64,000 nt of DNA from Gnetum montanum (Eukaryota > Plantae > Gnetophyta): the NCBI GenBank assembly GCA_015680685.1, contig MNCI01000472.1:236531-300530 (forward strand). The letters run 5' to 3'. The position numbers were made by a program, and so were the translations under genes. The notes under the pieces are model-generated. The model was not told the DNA's origin. It saw nothing but the letters and a program-made list of their open reading frames with translations, and ran no database searches. Below are positions 50,778-64,000 of the stretch, piece after piece (within the stretch, counting starts at the first letter, position 1; every line of letters starts with the position of its first letter).

Positions 50778-53700
50778 AGTTTTCTTGAGGCCCTTCCTCA
50801 TCATTATAGAGTTGGTGGCTATTTTTTGCTACATTGGTCATCGAAAGACCAATACCCCACTTCCCGATATGTATTTGGAGAAGACTTCACTATGGTTTTG
50901 TCCTAGGGCAAGGGAATTCCTTGCCTACATTCTACAAAACTTCAGTGTGATGTTCTGGTCACACTTGTCTGCGGATGTGGTTGGGGTTTTAGTGGAGTCT
51001 CTACTACCTTTGACATTTGGTTTGGTTGCCAAGTTCACTACCAACAAGCCACCAATAGGAGGAGTGATAGATGCTACTAGTCCACATTACCTCACAAAGA
51101 TCTTGATGATGCTAGAGTATAGTTAATATAATGTTGACAATACTATGTTGGTGGCGCATAGAGCCCACACGTTATTCCAAAACCTACTTGGAACCATGTA
51201 TCATCTATAAGGGTAAGCATGGTTATTTGTAATTTTTTTATGCTTTTATCTTGACTACCTTTCTAAACTTCATCAATTTTACAAACTTATTGTAGGTAAA
51301 AGATCAATGATCAAGGCTTGATCATCAATGATCAAATCTTGGTAGTGGCTCAAACTACTTTAGACAAATTCACCAAGAGTCCTTAGATTAGAACTATTAT
51401 GTATTAATAGTTTAGAGGATACTTTGATACATACACTTCAAGGTTTAATCTTGTATACAAGAAGTGTAAGGATGATGGGATGATGAACAACTGGTGGGAA
51501 AACTTTGACAACTCCATAGATCAGACCCTTGCAACTGGGACCTCTACTCAAATCACACCAAAGAAGAAGAGGAAAGGTAAACATAAAGGATATGGATTTT
51601 AACATTTTATGGTTATGAACATTTTAATTATTCTATTACTTTGACTAGTTATTAAACTTGCTTATGTTGATGCTAAAATTTAGTTATGGCTTTGCAAGAC
51701 CTTTCACCTCTGTTGATGTCATCATACCACTTTCAAGAGCATGTCATGAGAATACCCTCATCTTAAATTTTGGTGATGTGATACTAGCATAGGAGTGGTT
51801 GAGGGGATAGACACCTAGATACATTCAAGAAAACATCCAATGTGTAGGTTTTGTTGATGTATTTATGATACGTATCCCTTCCATCCCTGTTACAAAGATG
51901 TTGCATGTCATCAACTTCTTCAATGAGAAGACTAATAATTTCAACACCATCATTTATGATGTGAAGGTTAACATGGATATTAATGAGGGCATCTTTTGCG
52001 ACTTGTATGGTGTTCCTATTGATAGGGTAAAGGTCTTAACAAGATTAGTGAAGGGATTGAGTCATCATGATGAAGTTTTGAAGTGGCTTGGTGCCAACAT
52101 GGGCCACTCTAGAATTTCCATGGATGGCTCCATGGACCCTAATGCAAAGGATTCATATCCTTTTTTCAGGTCTCATGCATTTCCTAAACTATTATTACAA
52201 AAGAAGGTTATTGGCATATCGTAGGGGTGGTCCTTTAAGAAGGTCCTAATGGATGATACCAAGTTCAGATGGGAAGCTACATTAGCTATTAGGCTTTAGG
52301 AGGAGATCCTTGGACTCCATGCAAACACTTTAACAATAATCCACATGCATTTTGCATTTTTTTCAAGTTATTTAAAGAGGTTTGTGAAGTTTTTGATGGT
52401 GTACAGGAATGGACGATGGGTTCCCCAAGACCCAAGCCAACTTTCTAAGCCTTGGAGAAAGCACATTTATCCAATGTTGTAGAATTAAAACCCACCATAG
52501 GGGATGGATGATACATTATCCATTATCATTAATGATCTTAATGTCAAGTAGTTTGAGTCCCCTGATAGCACATGTGATGAGGAGCCTCTTACATTTCTAG
52601 CGAGAATCTTGGAGGCCAAACAACTACATAGGAAGGCCGAAGGGGTAGCCAAATAGAAAGTTAAGAGGCCTATGGAGGAAACACTACTCGCATTATATCA
52701 ACATGCCCCAAAGAAGCTTAAGTTTAAACTCAGGCCATCATAGCAAGTAGTCATAGGTATGCTTTGTTTAATTTTGGCTATTTTTTTTAAAGTTTATGGC
52801 TACTTTATGATTTCATGTGTTAACCAAATTTTCTATGTGCTATGGTTGTAGACAAATGTCAAGCTATGGCAGCCCAAGCTACTATAGAGGTAGAACAAAG
52901 GCATGTAGAAGTGGCACTCTTGAAGTAATCTGAGATTGAATGGTTTGCTGATATAGACATAAATGATCTCAATGCCTCGTTTAATGAGATGGTACTAGGT
53001 ACATCCCCCATCATCATCCTAGAGGAGGAAGAGGAGAAGGGATAAAGCATGTTCATGTCTTAATATTTTTGTTATATCTTATAGTTTAATTTTGGTTTCC
53101 ACCCTAACCATTCAATAATTGTTATGCTTATAGTAGTTCCTGAGCCATTAGTGCAAGCACTTGTCCCTAAGTTTTATTTGAAACCATGGGTGGAGACTCT
53201 AAACAAGGTTTTTTCATGCATGGAGGGCTATGGACATCATTGATCGATTACAATAGGTTGCACCCAAGATAGGTATGGACTTTGTTTTATGTGCCTTAGT
53301 TACTTGTTTATGTTATAGGTTATGCTTGCATCATGACTATTTTAGGTTGTACATTATGTTTATGGTTATATTTCATGCTTTGTGTAGTGCTTTCTATGGA
53401 GTGGAATCCCAATAGAGACATGGAGATTGACTCCTTGCTTAAGCTTCCCTCTGATGTATATAGTGTACCCTTGAAGTTGTACAAGACTACTACTAATCTA
53501 GCAATTTCATGCATAAAAACTTCATGGGAGCTAGAGAGCTCTAATGAATCCCTATGGGAGGAAGTTGTGGCCTTAAGGGAGAAGACTCAACAGTAGGATG
53601 AAATCATTAGAGACCTCTAAGATTGTAAGGCCTTTGTGGAGGCTCAAGTAACTAACTTAGGAGAGTTGTAGATTAGGGAGATCACATGGGCCCACTATTG

Positions 53701-54390
53701 GCATGTCATTCAAGACAAAGTAGTAGTCTTATGGGAGATGGTGAAACAACATGTGTAGATGGACATCATCTCCTAGAAGGTTGAGGATTGGAAAGATCAT
53801 TGTGCTTGGGTCCTAGAGTGGAGAAAGAAACAAAAGGCCCACAAGCGATAGTACAAGGCATATTGTGGAGCCTACATTAAGTGGCTTAAGGAGGAGTCAA
53901 TTGAACAACCTAAAAGAGAGCTATTCATCCAGGGGATCTAGGTGGAAAGTGCTTATCAAATTTTTGAAAGTACTCTCACAATGGACAAATCCCCTACTAC
54001 TTAGATTACCACTACTATAGGTGAGACCTCTACGACTACTATTACCTAAGAGCCTCCTACTTAGATTACAATAGATAGGACCAACATCCTCTCTAGTGTT
54101 GATCTTGGGGATGTTGACTAGGTCAACATGATGAAGGACTAGATTCTCCATTGTTTGGAGGAAAGACTTCCACATATACTCCCATAAGTAATAGAGCCAA
54201 AATCTCTATAGGTTTGATATATTTTATGTTTTTGTTTTTGTTTTAAGTCATGATTTTGGCTATGAGTTACTAACTGGCTATATGTTGTTGCATTTCAGGC
54301 CTCATGAGACATTAGCAACCCTAATTAGGAGGGTGGGAATGACTCACCACTTCCTCCTTCAGATGCCACTTAGCAACCTTCATTAGCTTA
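50778..54390 (+). pseudogene. Antisense multi-exon accessory gene of element C (homologue of the B gene), decayed
   Basis: Predicted exons 50778-51212, 51296-51576, ~51699-52756, 52852-~53040, 53134-53272, 53388-54211, 54299-~54390. First exon not located. Confidence 0.8.
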
Positions 54391-54949
54391 GCTTGTTTGC
54401 TATTTTACTTTATTTTGATGTTGATGGCTATGATCAGCCAAGACTATGTTATAGATGATTATTATTTTTTGACATGTTTTCCACATAGTGTGGTCATGGC
54501 TATATATGTTGTATACATTCTAAGTTTAAATTTAAATTTTGGTTTTATTTTTGGCTATATGTATCTATAGTTGTAGTAAACACTATGAACATTGAGAATG
54601 ACTATGTTTATGTTCTGGTTATAATAATAAATAAGATGTTTGGTAGTTTTAGGCCATGTTGTCTAATTGTGGTTACATTACTAGTTTAAGGTCATGGTGG
54701 GCCATGATGCGTGTTTAAGGTCTTAGCAAACTAGTATGGAAAAAGAAATATATATTTAAAAGGATTTTTGATGTTTATAATATGAGTAAAAGTAAAGAAA
54801 GCTAAAATAAATAAGTAAAAATGCAAAGAAAAGTAGAAACTTAAGCTATATGCATAGGCTATGTGCATAAAGAGTAACAAAAAAATGCATAAAAATATAT
54901 AACAAATTGCAAAAGAAAATTTAGGCTATATGGCTATTTGGTTATAAGG

Positions 54950-55620
54950 ATATGGGATGGAAAGGTTACTTCACTTATGCATATTCTCCCTAGTCTTTGC
55001 GAGATTATGGAATGAGTAAGGTTTATTCTACACAAGCTTGTATTCTCTATCACCTTCACTAATGATGCTAAAAGGGATTTCATCCCATAATGCATCCTAT
55101 TGCTTATCCTTGTCATTGTTGGGTTGTTTCTCTCTTTTGGATTGTTGGACTTCATGGTTGGAAGCTTCTTCTTGAAGCTCTACTTCAGACTCTTGCTCTA
55201 TGTTTATGTTGTTAATAGCCAGTGGAATTGCATTATCACCATGAATAATGATTTCCCCTCCCTTGTAAGGAAGGTGAATTTCTTAATGGATGGGTGAGGA
55301 CAAAACTCGTAATTGAGCCAAACAAGGCCTTCCTAGGATAAGGTTGAATTCTAGTATCTCTTCCACCACCAAGAAATTGGCAATTATGGGGAATTGCTCC
55401 CCTACTACAAAATCCAAGGAGATAGATCCCTTAACAGTAACTCTTGATCCATTGAAGGATTTGAGAGCTACAGTATTGGTATGTTATATCTACTCAATTA
55501 ATCCTAAGCATTCAATAATGGTGCATGGGATGACGTTGGTTTTGGCTCCATCATCAACATGCACCTGATGCACTTTAAACTATCCTATGCATATGGTTAT
55601 GAATAGATAGGCTTTATTCA
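54950..55620 (-). pseudogene. Element C protease and linker
   Basis: FKVHQVHVDDGAKTNVIP; FNLILGRPCL; PPIH.EIHLPYKG. Confidence 0.85.
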
Positions 55621-55649
55621 CTTCACCATTTTTGGGATTAACCTTAATT

Positions 55650-58500
55650 TCACTATCGTGAAATGTCAGAGGTGTTGAATTCTCCCCCTTAGCGAGGGAG
55701 GCACCATCACTGTATGGATTGCCTCTTCGTCAATGGGGATGTCCTCACTAATAGGGATAGAAGTCAAGATTTTGGCTAGTGCCTCACAATGTGTGATAGA
55801 AGTCATCATTAGATCATACAAGCTTAAGGTTATATTCCTCTACTTGAGGGATTTTCTGACTTGATCTATCACATTAAGGAATTTTTTATCATTAACTATG
55901 GGCTTGTTGCCTGGGTTGTGCTTTACTTCCTCCATGCACCCCAAAATGTAAACTTTAGCTTTAAGTTGTGGTTGTTGTTGGGGCTTTTCCTTGTTGTTCT
56001 AGTTGTGGGTTTTTTGGTCCTCCTGTGGCTTGCTAGTTGAAGGGGTTGGGGCAAAGGAGGTCATGGGTATAGCCAATATGGAAGTGGACTTCGGTGGGCT
56101 TACTTCCTTTTATGCCTCCATCTACTTTTCATCTTTATTATTGGAACTTTTCTTATGCTTCTTCCTTGAGATCTTCTAGTTATCAATTGTTAATTGTGAA
56201 GAAGAGGCAGTAGCATTGGCCAACATAGGAGGCCCTTGTGTAGTTTGTTGGGCTATAGTTGGTTGTGTTGTGTTAGTCTGGGGTACCCTAATGACAATAG
56301 GATCCCTTAGAGGTACTTTTGATGGTACCCTTTTGAAAAAGGGTGATCTTGAAGAAGCCATTTCATTGTAGAATGGTACTTGAATCATGAATAATTCTCT
56401 TGTAGGTCTCCCATCGTCATCAATGTTGAATGCTAAAATAACATAAGAGTTGTCATTAGCATTCAATAGGTCTTTGTGGACTTGCATCAACAGGTTTTGT
56501 CGTTGAACTGAGTTGGAAGCATCTTAGACCATACCCCCCTTATCTATCATCCTTCAATGTGAGGCAAAAGTTTGTCATGATTCGGCAATTGATGATAATG
56601 ATAAAAATGGTCTAGCATGAAGTACCTAGGTAGTTGGGGATCATCCTTCATTGCCCAAGTAGGGTCTTTGGCTATTATGCATAACCACTTGTGTTTCTTT
56701 CAAGTGGCTTTAGTCATTTGTTTGTGTTTCATGCACCCACTCTTTAATAGTTGGTCTAGTAACTCGGATGCTTTCATAAGTCAGGTAGTGTATTTGGACC
56801 TTTCCTTTCTTTTGAAGTTAGATCTGGTTGTTGTTGATGCAATACTGCCAGAGGTTCATGGTTGATTATTGTGGTCATTAGTGGGGGCCTTGGGTGGTTT
56901 GGTCCTTGGCCCTTGGCTTATGGTCTTTTTTTCCTTGGTCACAGTTGCTATGGTAATATTGTTTTGTTTGTTTCTCTCTTTGTCTCTCCATTTATGTTGA
57001 TTTTTGTATGCTACATAGGCTAGATCATGATTTTCTTTTGTAGCGTCTTCTATATTTTTAGTTTGAGAAAATGCCTAGTTGAAGGATCGTGGATCAAGGT
57101 AATAGAGCTTGAACTTCATGAAGTCATTAACTACTCCCTTAAATATGGCCAATATATGGGCCTTGGTGATGGGTTTTGGTATTTCATTCAACAATGCATT
57201 CCACCATTGAATGAATTTCTACACAGGTTCTAGGGATCCCTAATTGACCTTCATGAGTTGATCAAGCATTATGTTAGGCTTTAAGTTATACTTGAAGTAG
57301 TTGACAAATTGGGCTACTAAGTCCTCTAAAGAGGATATGGATCCTCTAGGTAATATGTGGTATCGATCAAGTGCTTTCCCAATTAAGGACATAGGAAAAG
57401 TCCTCATGATGATATGCGGCCATGACTATAAGAGTAAACATTCAAATTGAAAGGTAATAAGATGAGCATTGGGATCACCTTCTCTATTATATTTTCTAAA
57501 CTAGGGAATAAGGACACCAGGAGGAAGTGTCAATAATGGAACCATAGGACTGATTGGATCATCTTGGTAGAAGTCCATATCTAGACACTTTGAAACATAG
57601 AGGCTTTAAACCTCTTCATCTCCTTTGTTAGGTCTTGGATCATCTAGAAGGCTTGATCTAGGCCTTTTGGTGACCTTGTTGGTTGTGGGATTTGTACATA
57701 GTATTGTGGCATTTTTTATGAGGCTTTTGGTCTTGCTATGGGTTGCAAGATAGAAGGAAGAGGTTGTGTTATGCTTGTAGCTTATGGACTAAACAAGGAA
57801 AAGAATGTTTATGTTGGTATCTAAGGCATAAATGGAATAAATGGGGTGTGTGACCCATGAGTTGCTTGGGGTCCCATGGTGGACCCTGCATAGGTAGCTA
57901 ATGGATTTATGATGGTAAAACCATCATTGATTGTTTCTGTGTAGCGAACAACATAGATGTGTTATAGGTAGTTGGCTATGACATTGATTGATTTTGATGT
58001 GTGTCTATGACCAATGTGGGACCAACCATGGTAGGATAGGAAGGAATGGAAGATGGTGGCACCATGTCCATGGAGAAAATAAAAGCTTTAGAGGAAGATG
58101 CTATGGCCTTGGGAGATGTTTGTTGGAATAATCTTCCTAGGATGTTTTTGGGCTTAGATTTTACCCTAAATTCATCCTTCTCCTATTGTTGTTGTTCTTA
58201 GCTATGCTTATCATCTTTCTTTTCCATTGTGATCAATTAAGCTAGGATGTTGGCATAGACGTCAGTTAGAGATATTTGGTCATATAGGGAAGGGGCATAC
58301 TCTTTTCCATCCCGATGTATGAGTTCAAACTCCCTTTTTACCTATGCTTCCACATGTAGAATCATGAGACTGACCTACATTTTGGCATGAGTGTAGTGAT
58401 AATGGTCTTCATTTATGGAGGTAAAGTTGGGAATTTTCCCTCTAGCCCTCAAAGATTGCATACATTTGATGATGGTAAGGTCTTTAGGATCATAAACTGT
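55650..58500 (-). pseudogene. gag: Element C gag
   Basis: YNREGDPNAHLITFQFECLL...FPMSLIGKALD.YHILP.GSISS; collinear with B gag. Confidence 0.8.
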
Positions 58501-58695
58501 CATGGCTTGTTAGAGGGTGAGGTGCAATTTGGTGGATTGTTGGAAAGACATGGCTATAGTGTTGACAATGTCTTAAAATAGGCTATAAATGATAAAATAG
58601 AAGTAAATTCCAACATATGGGATTCCAAAACTTTTAAAGAAAACAAAAACAACCAATAATGAAGTACTCACAATATTTAGTAAGATTTGGGGGGG

Positions 58696-59427
58696 NNNNN
58701 NNNNNNNNNNNNNNNNNNNNNNNNNNNNNNNNNNNNNNNNNNNNNNNNNNNNNNNNNNNNNNNNNNNNNNNNNNNNNNNNNNNNNNNNNNNNNNNNNNNN
58801 NNNNNNNNNNNNNNNNNNNNNNNNNNNNNNNNNNNNNNNNNNNNNNNNNNNNNNNNNNNNNNNNNNNNNNNNNNNNNNNNNNNNNNNNNNNNNNNNNNNN
58901 NNNNNNNNNNNNNNNNNNNNNNNNNNNNNNNNNNNNNNNNNNNNNNNNNNNNNNNNNNNNNNNNNNNNNNNNNNNNNNNNNNNNNNNNNNNNNNNNNNNN
59001 NNNNNNNNNNNNNNNNNNNNNNNNNNNNNNNNNNNNNNNNNNNNNNNNNNNNNNNNNNNNNNNNNNNNNNNNNNNNNNNNNNNNNNNNNNNNNNNNNNNN
59101 NNNNNNNNNNNNNNNNNNNNNNNNNNNNNNNNNNNNNNNNNNNNNNNNNNNNNNNNNNNNNNNNNNNNNNNNNNNNNNNNNNNNNNNNNNNNNNNNNNNN
59201 NNNNNNNNNNNNNNNNNNNNNNNNNNNNNNNNNNNNNNNNNNNNNNNNNNNNNNNNNNNNNNNNNNNNNNNNNNNNNNNNNNNNNNNNNNNNNNNNNNNN
59301 NNNNNNNNNNNNNNNNNNNNNNNNNNNNNNNNNNNNNNNNNNNNNNNNNNNNNNNNNNNNNNNNNNNNNNNNNNNNNNNNNNNNNNNNNNNNNNNNNNNN
59401 NNNNNNNNNNNNNNNNNNNNNNNNNNN
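58696..59427. other. Assembly gap (N run)
   Basis: Run of N, flanked by G tracts. Confidence 1.
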
Positions 59428-59439
59428 GGGTTGGGGGGG

Positions 59440-59960
59440 AGATAAGGGGATTTACCCATTTATGAAAAATGGAAAGTCAAGAAAGTAGGTCGCAATCCAC
59501 ACCAATGTTAGCCCCTTAATTTCTTCTACACTAGGTGTGACAAAGGGGGAGAGAAAAGGGGATGAGATGATGGGAATCTCACTCATTCTATTCCAACAAT
59601 GATGAGATGGGGGTGGGAGAGGCTAAAAATCATAGATACAAAAAATGACTAAAAACAAGCTATAAACAATAAGAATATAGGTATATCCCAATGGGTGAAA
59701 TTAAACAATGATCAAAGAAAAAAAAAACTACTAAAAATGGAGCACTTACTAAAATTAGTAATTGAGATGGGTAAGGGGGTTTACCCCTTGACTAAAAATG
59801 GAAAACTGAAAATGTTGGTGTTAAGCACCCTCTACGTTGACCTCCTAGCTACCTCTACATTGGGTATGACAAGGGTGGAGGGATAAAGGGGGTGAGATGA
59901 TGGGAATCTCATACCTTCTATTTCAACATTAAAAAGAAGGGGAATGTTTGAAGGCCAAAA
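59440..59960. repeat. ~330-bp-period direct repeat in the C 5' leader
   Basis: GGG.TTTACCC...AAAAATGGAAA and CTACA.T.GGT.TGACAA.GG...TGAGATGATGGGAATCTCA each occur twice, ~330 bp apart. Confidence 0.75.
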
Positions 59961-60320
59961 TGAAAACTTAGCAGTTTCCAAAACATGATTTTGGCAAGCT
60001 ACCAACTTTTACCAAAATGGAGGGAAAAGTAGCTTTGGTTGGTATGGAAACCAATTTTGGTTTTGTAGAAAAAATATGGCAACAAGGAATTAAATGATTG
60101 TTAAGGCTTCCATGCTAGTTTTGTTCTGAAAATTCATAGCAAGTGTTTTGAAATTTTAGCATCCAAACCACTTACAACTTCCACATTGGGGTTTCTTCTA
60201 TAGGGAAATAAGGACGACATTGGATTTCCAAGGTCTTGGCTACAAAAAATGCAAATTTACTACTAGGAAATAACATTGAAAATATGTCTAGAAGATTTTG
60301 GCATAGAAATTAGGTAGAGG

Positions 60321-60337
60321 CTCTCCTTCTAGCACTA
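60321..60337 (-). promoter_or_regulatory. PBS of C, tRNA-Asn type
   Basis: Minus strand TAGTGCTAGAAGGAGAG, a decayed TGGCGCTAGAAGGAGGG. Confidence 0.8.
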
Positions 60338-60344
60338 AGAAAAC

Positions 60345-61912
60345 TATTTCAATCAGAAAAATTGATCACTAGAATAAAGATTGAGAAATCTAGTGCATAG
60401 CAATTCTCAACCCATGAATCCCCAGGGCCTCTAGAAAAAATGGGATCTAGGGCATCTTGGCTAGTCTGGTAGATAAACTAGGGACTTGGAGGGTTTGCAA
60501 AATAGTGTAATGAAATGGAATGCATAAAAAAAAAGAACTAATAAAAGATCCAAATAATGCACAAAATATAAAAAAATATATATATCTTGCACACAAAACC
60601 CAAAACTTAAAACTTTATCAAGAAAAAATAAAGAATAAGTTAGAGAAATGTGTACAAATGATGCTAGCAAGGGGGTTCACTTGGATGGAGGTTTAGGGTC
60701 CATTGAAGTTGATGCAGTCAACTCCATGATTTGGATGTCCTGCCACTCACAATGTTATCAAATCTCTAATGCTACCATCTCATATCTACAATGTTAACTA
60801 TGGTGGAGGTTGAGAAGTGTGAAGAATCCAAGTTGCCCAAGTTCTTTACATTGGAAGTTGGAACTCCCAAGAGTACAACATGGAGCTTGAAAATTCACAA
60901 ATCCCAAAAAGGGTTACAAGGCCACAAGGTCACGAGGTTTCTACACTAGGTTCAAGAGAATACAAGTGTGGAAACTTATAAAAATGCTTGAGTGCTTGAG
61001 AATGCCCAAGTGTAGAACTATGAACAATTTGTGTGCAAAAGTGTATATATGAAAAAAGTTGCAAAATCGTATAAAAAAATTGCTCAACCTTTTGAAAATT
61101 GATGAACCTATAAATGGTGTTTGAGGTTGGCTTTTATAGGTTTTTTGATCATAAATGGAGCTACAAAACGGTTGAAATCTAGTTGCACAATAGTTGCGAA
61201 TTGGCTACCAAAATGTTACAAATTTCTACCTTGTTTAGGTGATATGGGTGCTCAAATTTGGGGGTTTATCATATATAGTAAGTGCCTTCCTTCCATGGTC
61301 ATTCCATTTACTATAAATAGTAACCAAGGCATACCTTCCACGCTAAGCTCTCTACCATGCTTACTAAAGTGGCTGGTCAACATTGGAGTGCATGAAGTGT
61401 TGAAATTTGGCTTTTGTGACTTCCATGCTAGAGGGATGTAATTTCCACATTGGGGGTGGAGCCTCCATGCTAGGGGAAACTTCCATGCTAAAGGGGGAAG
61501 GTTTCCAAGTTGAGCATGTAGTCTCTATGTTGGGGAAAAAGTTTTCAAGCTAAGGAGAAATCTCCCACTCCTCCACATTGGGGATAGGTGAGATCTACCC
61601 CCTGCAAGTGTTTCCAACGTAGAAAAATGTATACCCCCCATAAAACCCATCAAATTTCCATTTTTGGAATTCTAAAAGGCATTTTTGACACCCCCCAAGC
61701 CCAAATATAGATACTAGGTAACTTTTTTCACTTGAGGAATGAGGATTTAACTACTTATGAGCCATTTTTAGCCCCAAAAGTATGGAATATGTGAGATTGA
61801 CCTTTATGGATTACAATATTTACATTTACAATGAATTTTTACCTTGGTTTTCATGGTTTGAAAGCTAAATGATGAAAATGGGCTATAAAATGCAAGTTTT
61901 TGTGGTGTTTTA
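60345..61912 (-). repeat. Element C 5' LTR (~1.57 kb)
   Basis: Bounded by the PBS on the left and GTGGTGTTTTA on the right; matches 40520-41648. Confidence 0.88.
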
Positions 61913-62857
61913 GGCTCCATAAGCTAACGTGGAAGTTTGTTGATGTGTTAAAGTAGGTTCATGAGGCTTAAAATTTGTCTACATAAATAGCCTCTATGAG
62001 TTGACATGGTAGTGTTGGAAATTTAGATGAACTCTAAGCATCTAGATGAGACTTATTCATCTAGATGCAATATTGGAAATTTCATGATGCCAAAACTGAA
62101 AAAAATGAGCTAAGTAATAAAGCTATTAATGGAAGCACTAACCCCATACTAAACCTTTAAACATGTGAGCTCTTCTTATAAGCTTCATGATAGTGATTTG
62201 ACCGAGGTGTAGTTTATATTAGAACTTGAAAAGAGTCCACAATACATCAAAGCAATTCTAAATGCTGATGGGGCATAGGATGATGTGGCAACGTAGATAA
62301 TTAAGATGAGCCAAAATCATCTAGAGGAGTTAATCTCATCTAGATGAAAAAATAATTTACCAACCTTCCCCTCCCCACACCCCTCCCCCAATAAAGCCAA
62401 TCGTTAAGCTACCATTATTTAGCTTTATTTCAATCTCACTCAAATATTTCTTATGAGAGCTTCATCTGTAAGAGTTTGTGGGGGTTGATTTATTTCTGTT
62501 AAGCTTTTCCAGCTAGCCATTATGACCATGAGCTAAGAAAATTGATATTGACTTTTTAGACTCTTTTATTTCATCTTTGATATTTCTACTAAGCTTTCTC
62601 TTAAACTAATTTTACCTTTATGATTTCAAACCCTAATAGTGAGGAGTTGATGTGATAGGATCAAAAGCTACAAGTTTTCCATTGTATGAGACAAACAAAG
62701 CTAAAAGGGCTAGCTTACTAAAGCTCCTTTTTCACAAGTATTCTTGTGGTTAATGAGCTTCCTCTAGTAGTAATCATAAATGTTAGTGTAGTTGGTGTAG
62801 GAACACCTCTTTCGATTCCCTTGTGCTTATCCTACAAGTTGTTTTTGCAAATTTTGT

Positions 62858-64000
62858 GGTTGGAGAAGACCTAGATGCATGTGTTTAGTTTTTGTGTGTG
62901 TTCTTATGTTGAGTTTTTATGATGAATATTCTTGGATGTTTTTGCATATGTGGAGGTTTTTGGATTATTTTGATGAGTTTAGGAGGTTCCAAAGTCTATG
63001 GGCACATGTTGGAAGGCATTTGAAGGATCTTGGCATAAAAATAAGCACTTTTATTTTTAGAACTTGTAGAAGAGACACCTCCCTAGAGATGTCTCCCTTG
63101 AAGTATAGATGTCCCAAGTCCAAAGGAGACATCTACCAAAAATAGTAGACATCTCTCCTTAGAGACAAGCTTTCATAGAAGATGTCTATATGAAACCAAA
63201 GATGTCTATGTTGGTGAGGAAAAAAAGCTTCAACATGACATTTCAATTTGGAAACATCCAAAAGACACTAGATCCTTGGAAAACCATCTAGGAAGGTAAA
63301 TAAAAAGCTTCCTAGGATTTGGAAACTCTATAATTATGTATTCATTCATCCATGAGAACAAGAGAAGAGTTGGTATGCAAAAAGAAAGCTTGTATGTAGC
63401 AAGAGTGAGAGAAGATGCTCTAGAAAGTGGAGAGCTAGGTAAGAGAGACTGGGTGAGCACATTGGATGAGTGCAATAGGTGATTGCAATTCCAAGATTAG
63501 TTTGTGGTGTGTTGATCGACGTATTCTACTCCCTTGTATCTCACTTGTGAGGTGAGATCTCATTCCTGGGTTGTGGGAGAGATTTCTATTAGTTGTCTTA
63601 CATTGAGAACAACCATTGTGTGGTTGTAGAGCCTCATGCTTTACAATATTTTTTAAGTGTGATAGGTTTTTGGATGCTTGTGGGTTTTGTGAACCATGAT
63701 GTAATCTTTTGCTAAATTTAATTGAAGTTAGCTAGTTTTCTTATTTTCTAGCAAATGATTTTGTCTTTTCATAATATCTAGATTTAATGCGTTGAATGTG
63801 ATTTATTTGTGGAGTGAACTTGCTCCAACATTATTGGTATTGGAGCATAGTTTTATTGTTGCTTGGATTTTGGTTGAGGATTTTGTCAATTTTAAATGAC
63901 ACCCAAGAAGAAATAGGTGCAAGATCTGAATCAAAACATGAAGATCATGAAGTGAACCTTCTAGATGATGGTTGCTCTATTGGATGAAATTAGCACAAAG
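62858..64000 (+). mobile_element. E: 5' LTR (62858-63830), tRNA-iMet PBS (63835-63846) and start of gag of another LTR element
   Basis: Inverted termini (G)GTTGGAG...CTCCAACA; TGGTATTGGAGC resembles TGGTATCAGAGC; ATG ACA CCC AAG AAG at 63896. Confidence 0.75.

Larger units (their letters stand above)
40520..61912 (-). mobile_element. Element C: Tat-clade Ty3/Gypsy retrotransposon related to B (divergent family), >21 kb
   Basis: LTR starts T(A)AAACACCAC like B, tRNA-Asn PBS, similar PPT, gag-PR-[~9.5-kb spacer]-RT-RH-aRH-INT on - strand. Confidence 0.93.
38759..62836 (+). mobile_element. F: probable solo LTR split into 38759-38777, ~40083-40520 and 61913-62836 by D2 and C
   Basis: Termini TGTAGG...CCTACA; AAGTT overlaps both junctions; 40390-40440 resembles 61970-62020. 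Confidence 0.4.

Noticed and set aside
50778-54390. Intron-containing gene as an ordinary host gene or a recent capture
   Set aside because: It lies inside paired LTRs at the same position and relative orientation in two divergent elements, and is decayed like the surrounding pol.

Overview
Eukaryotic, almost certainly land-plant, heterochromatic DNA. It is a nest of decayed Ty3/Gypsy LTR retrotransposons with two assembly gaps and no recognisable host gene. All coding regions are broken by stops and frameshifts, mostly C>T/G>A. Layout: (A) an Athila-like element on + (LTR ending 2508, tRNA-Asp PBS, gag-PR-RT-RH-INT, env-like ORF2, truncated 3' LTR 35501-36114). (B) A complete 19.2-kb Tat-clade element on + (7154-26385; aRH between RH and INT, tRNA-Asn PBS) inserted in A's RNase H. 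(D1) An LTR-bounded insertion in A's ORF2. Next come a gag/PR remnant (G), solo-LTR pieces (F, D2), (C) a second, divergent Tat element on - (about 40520-61912), and (E) the 5' end of a tRNA-iMet-primed element. Main finding: B and C both carry, between protease and RT, an antisense multi-exon accessory gene (8 exons predicted in B, 7 located in C) with matching intron positions. Its N-terminal domain resembles an FCP1/NIF-type HAD phosphatase lacking the catalytic aspartates. It is followed by a possible plant-mobile-domain-like region and a coiled coil, and lies next to family-specific tandem arrays of ACGCT-core motifs that also occur in each element's LTRs. All alignments were made by eye; no searches were run.
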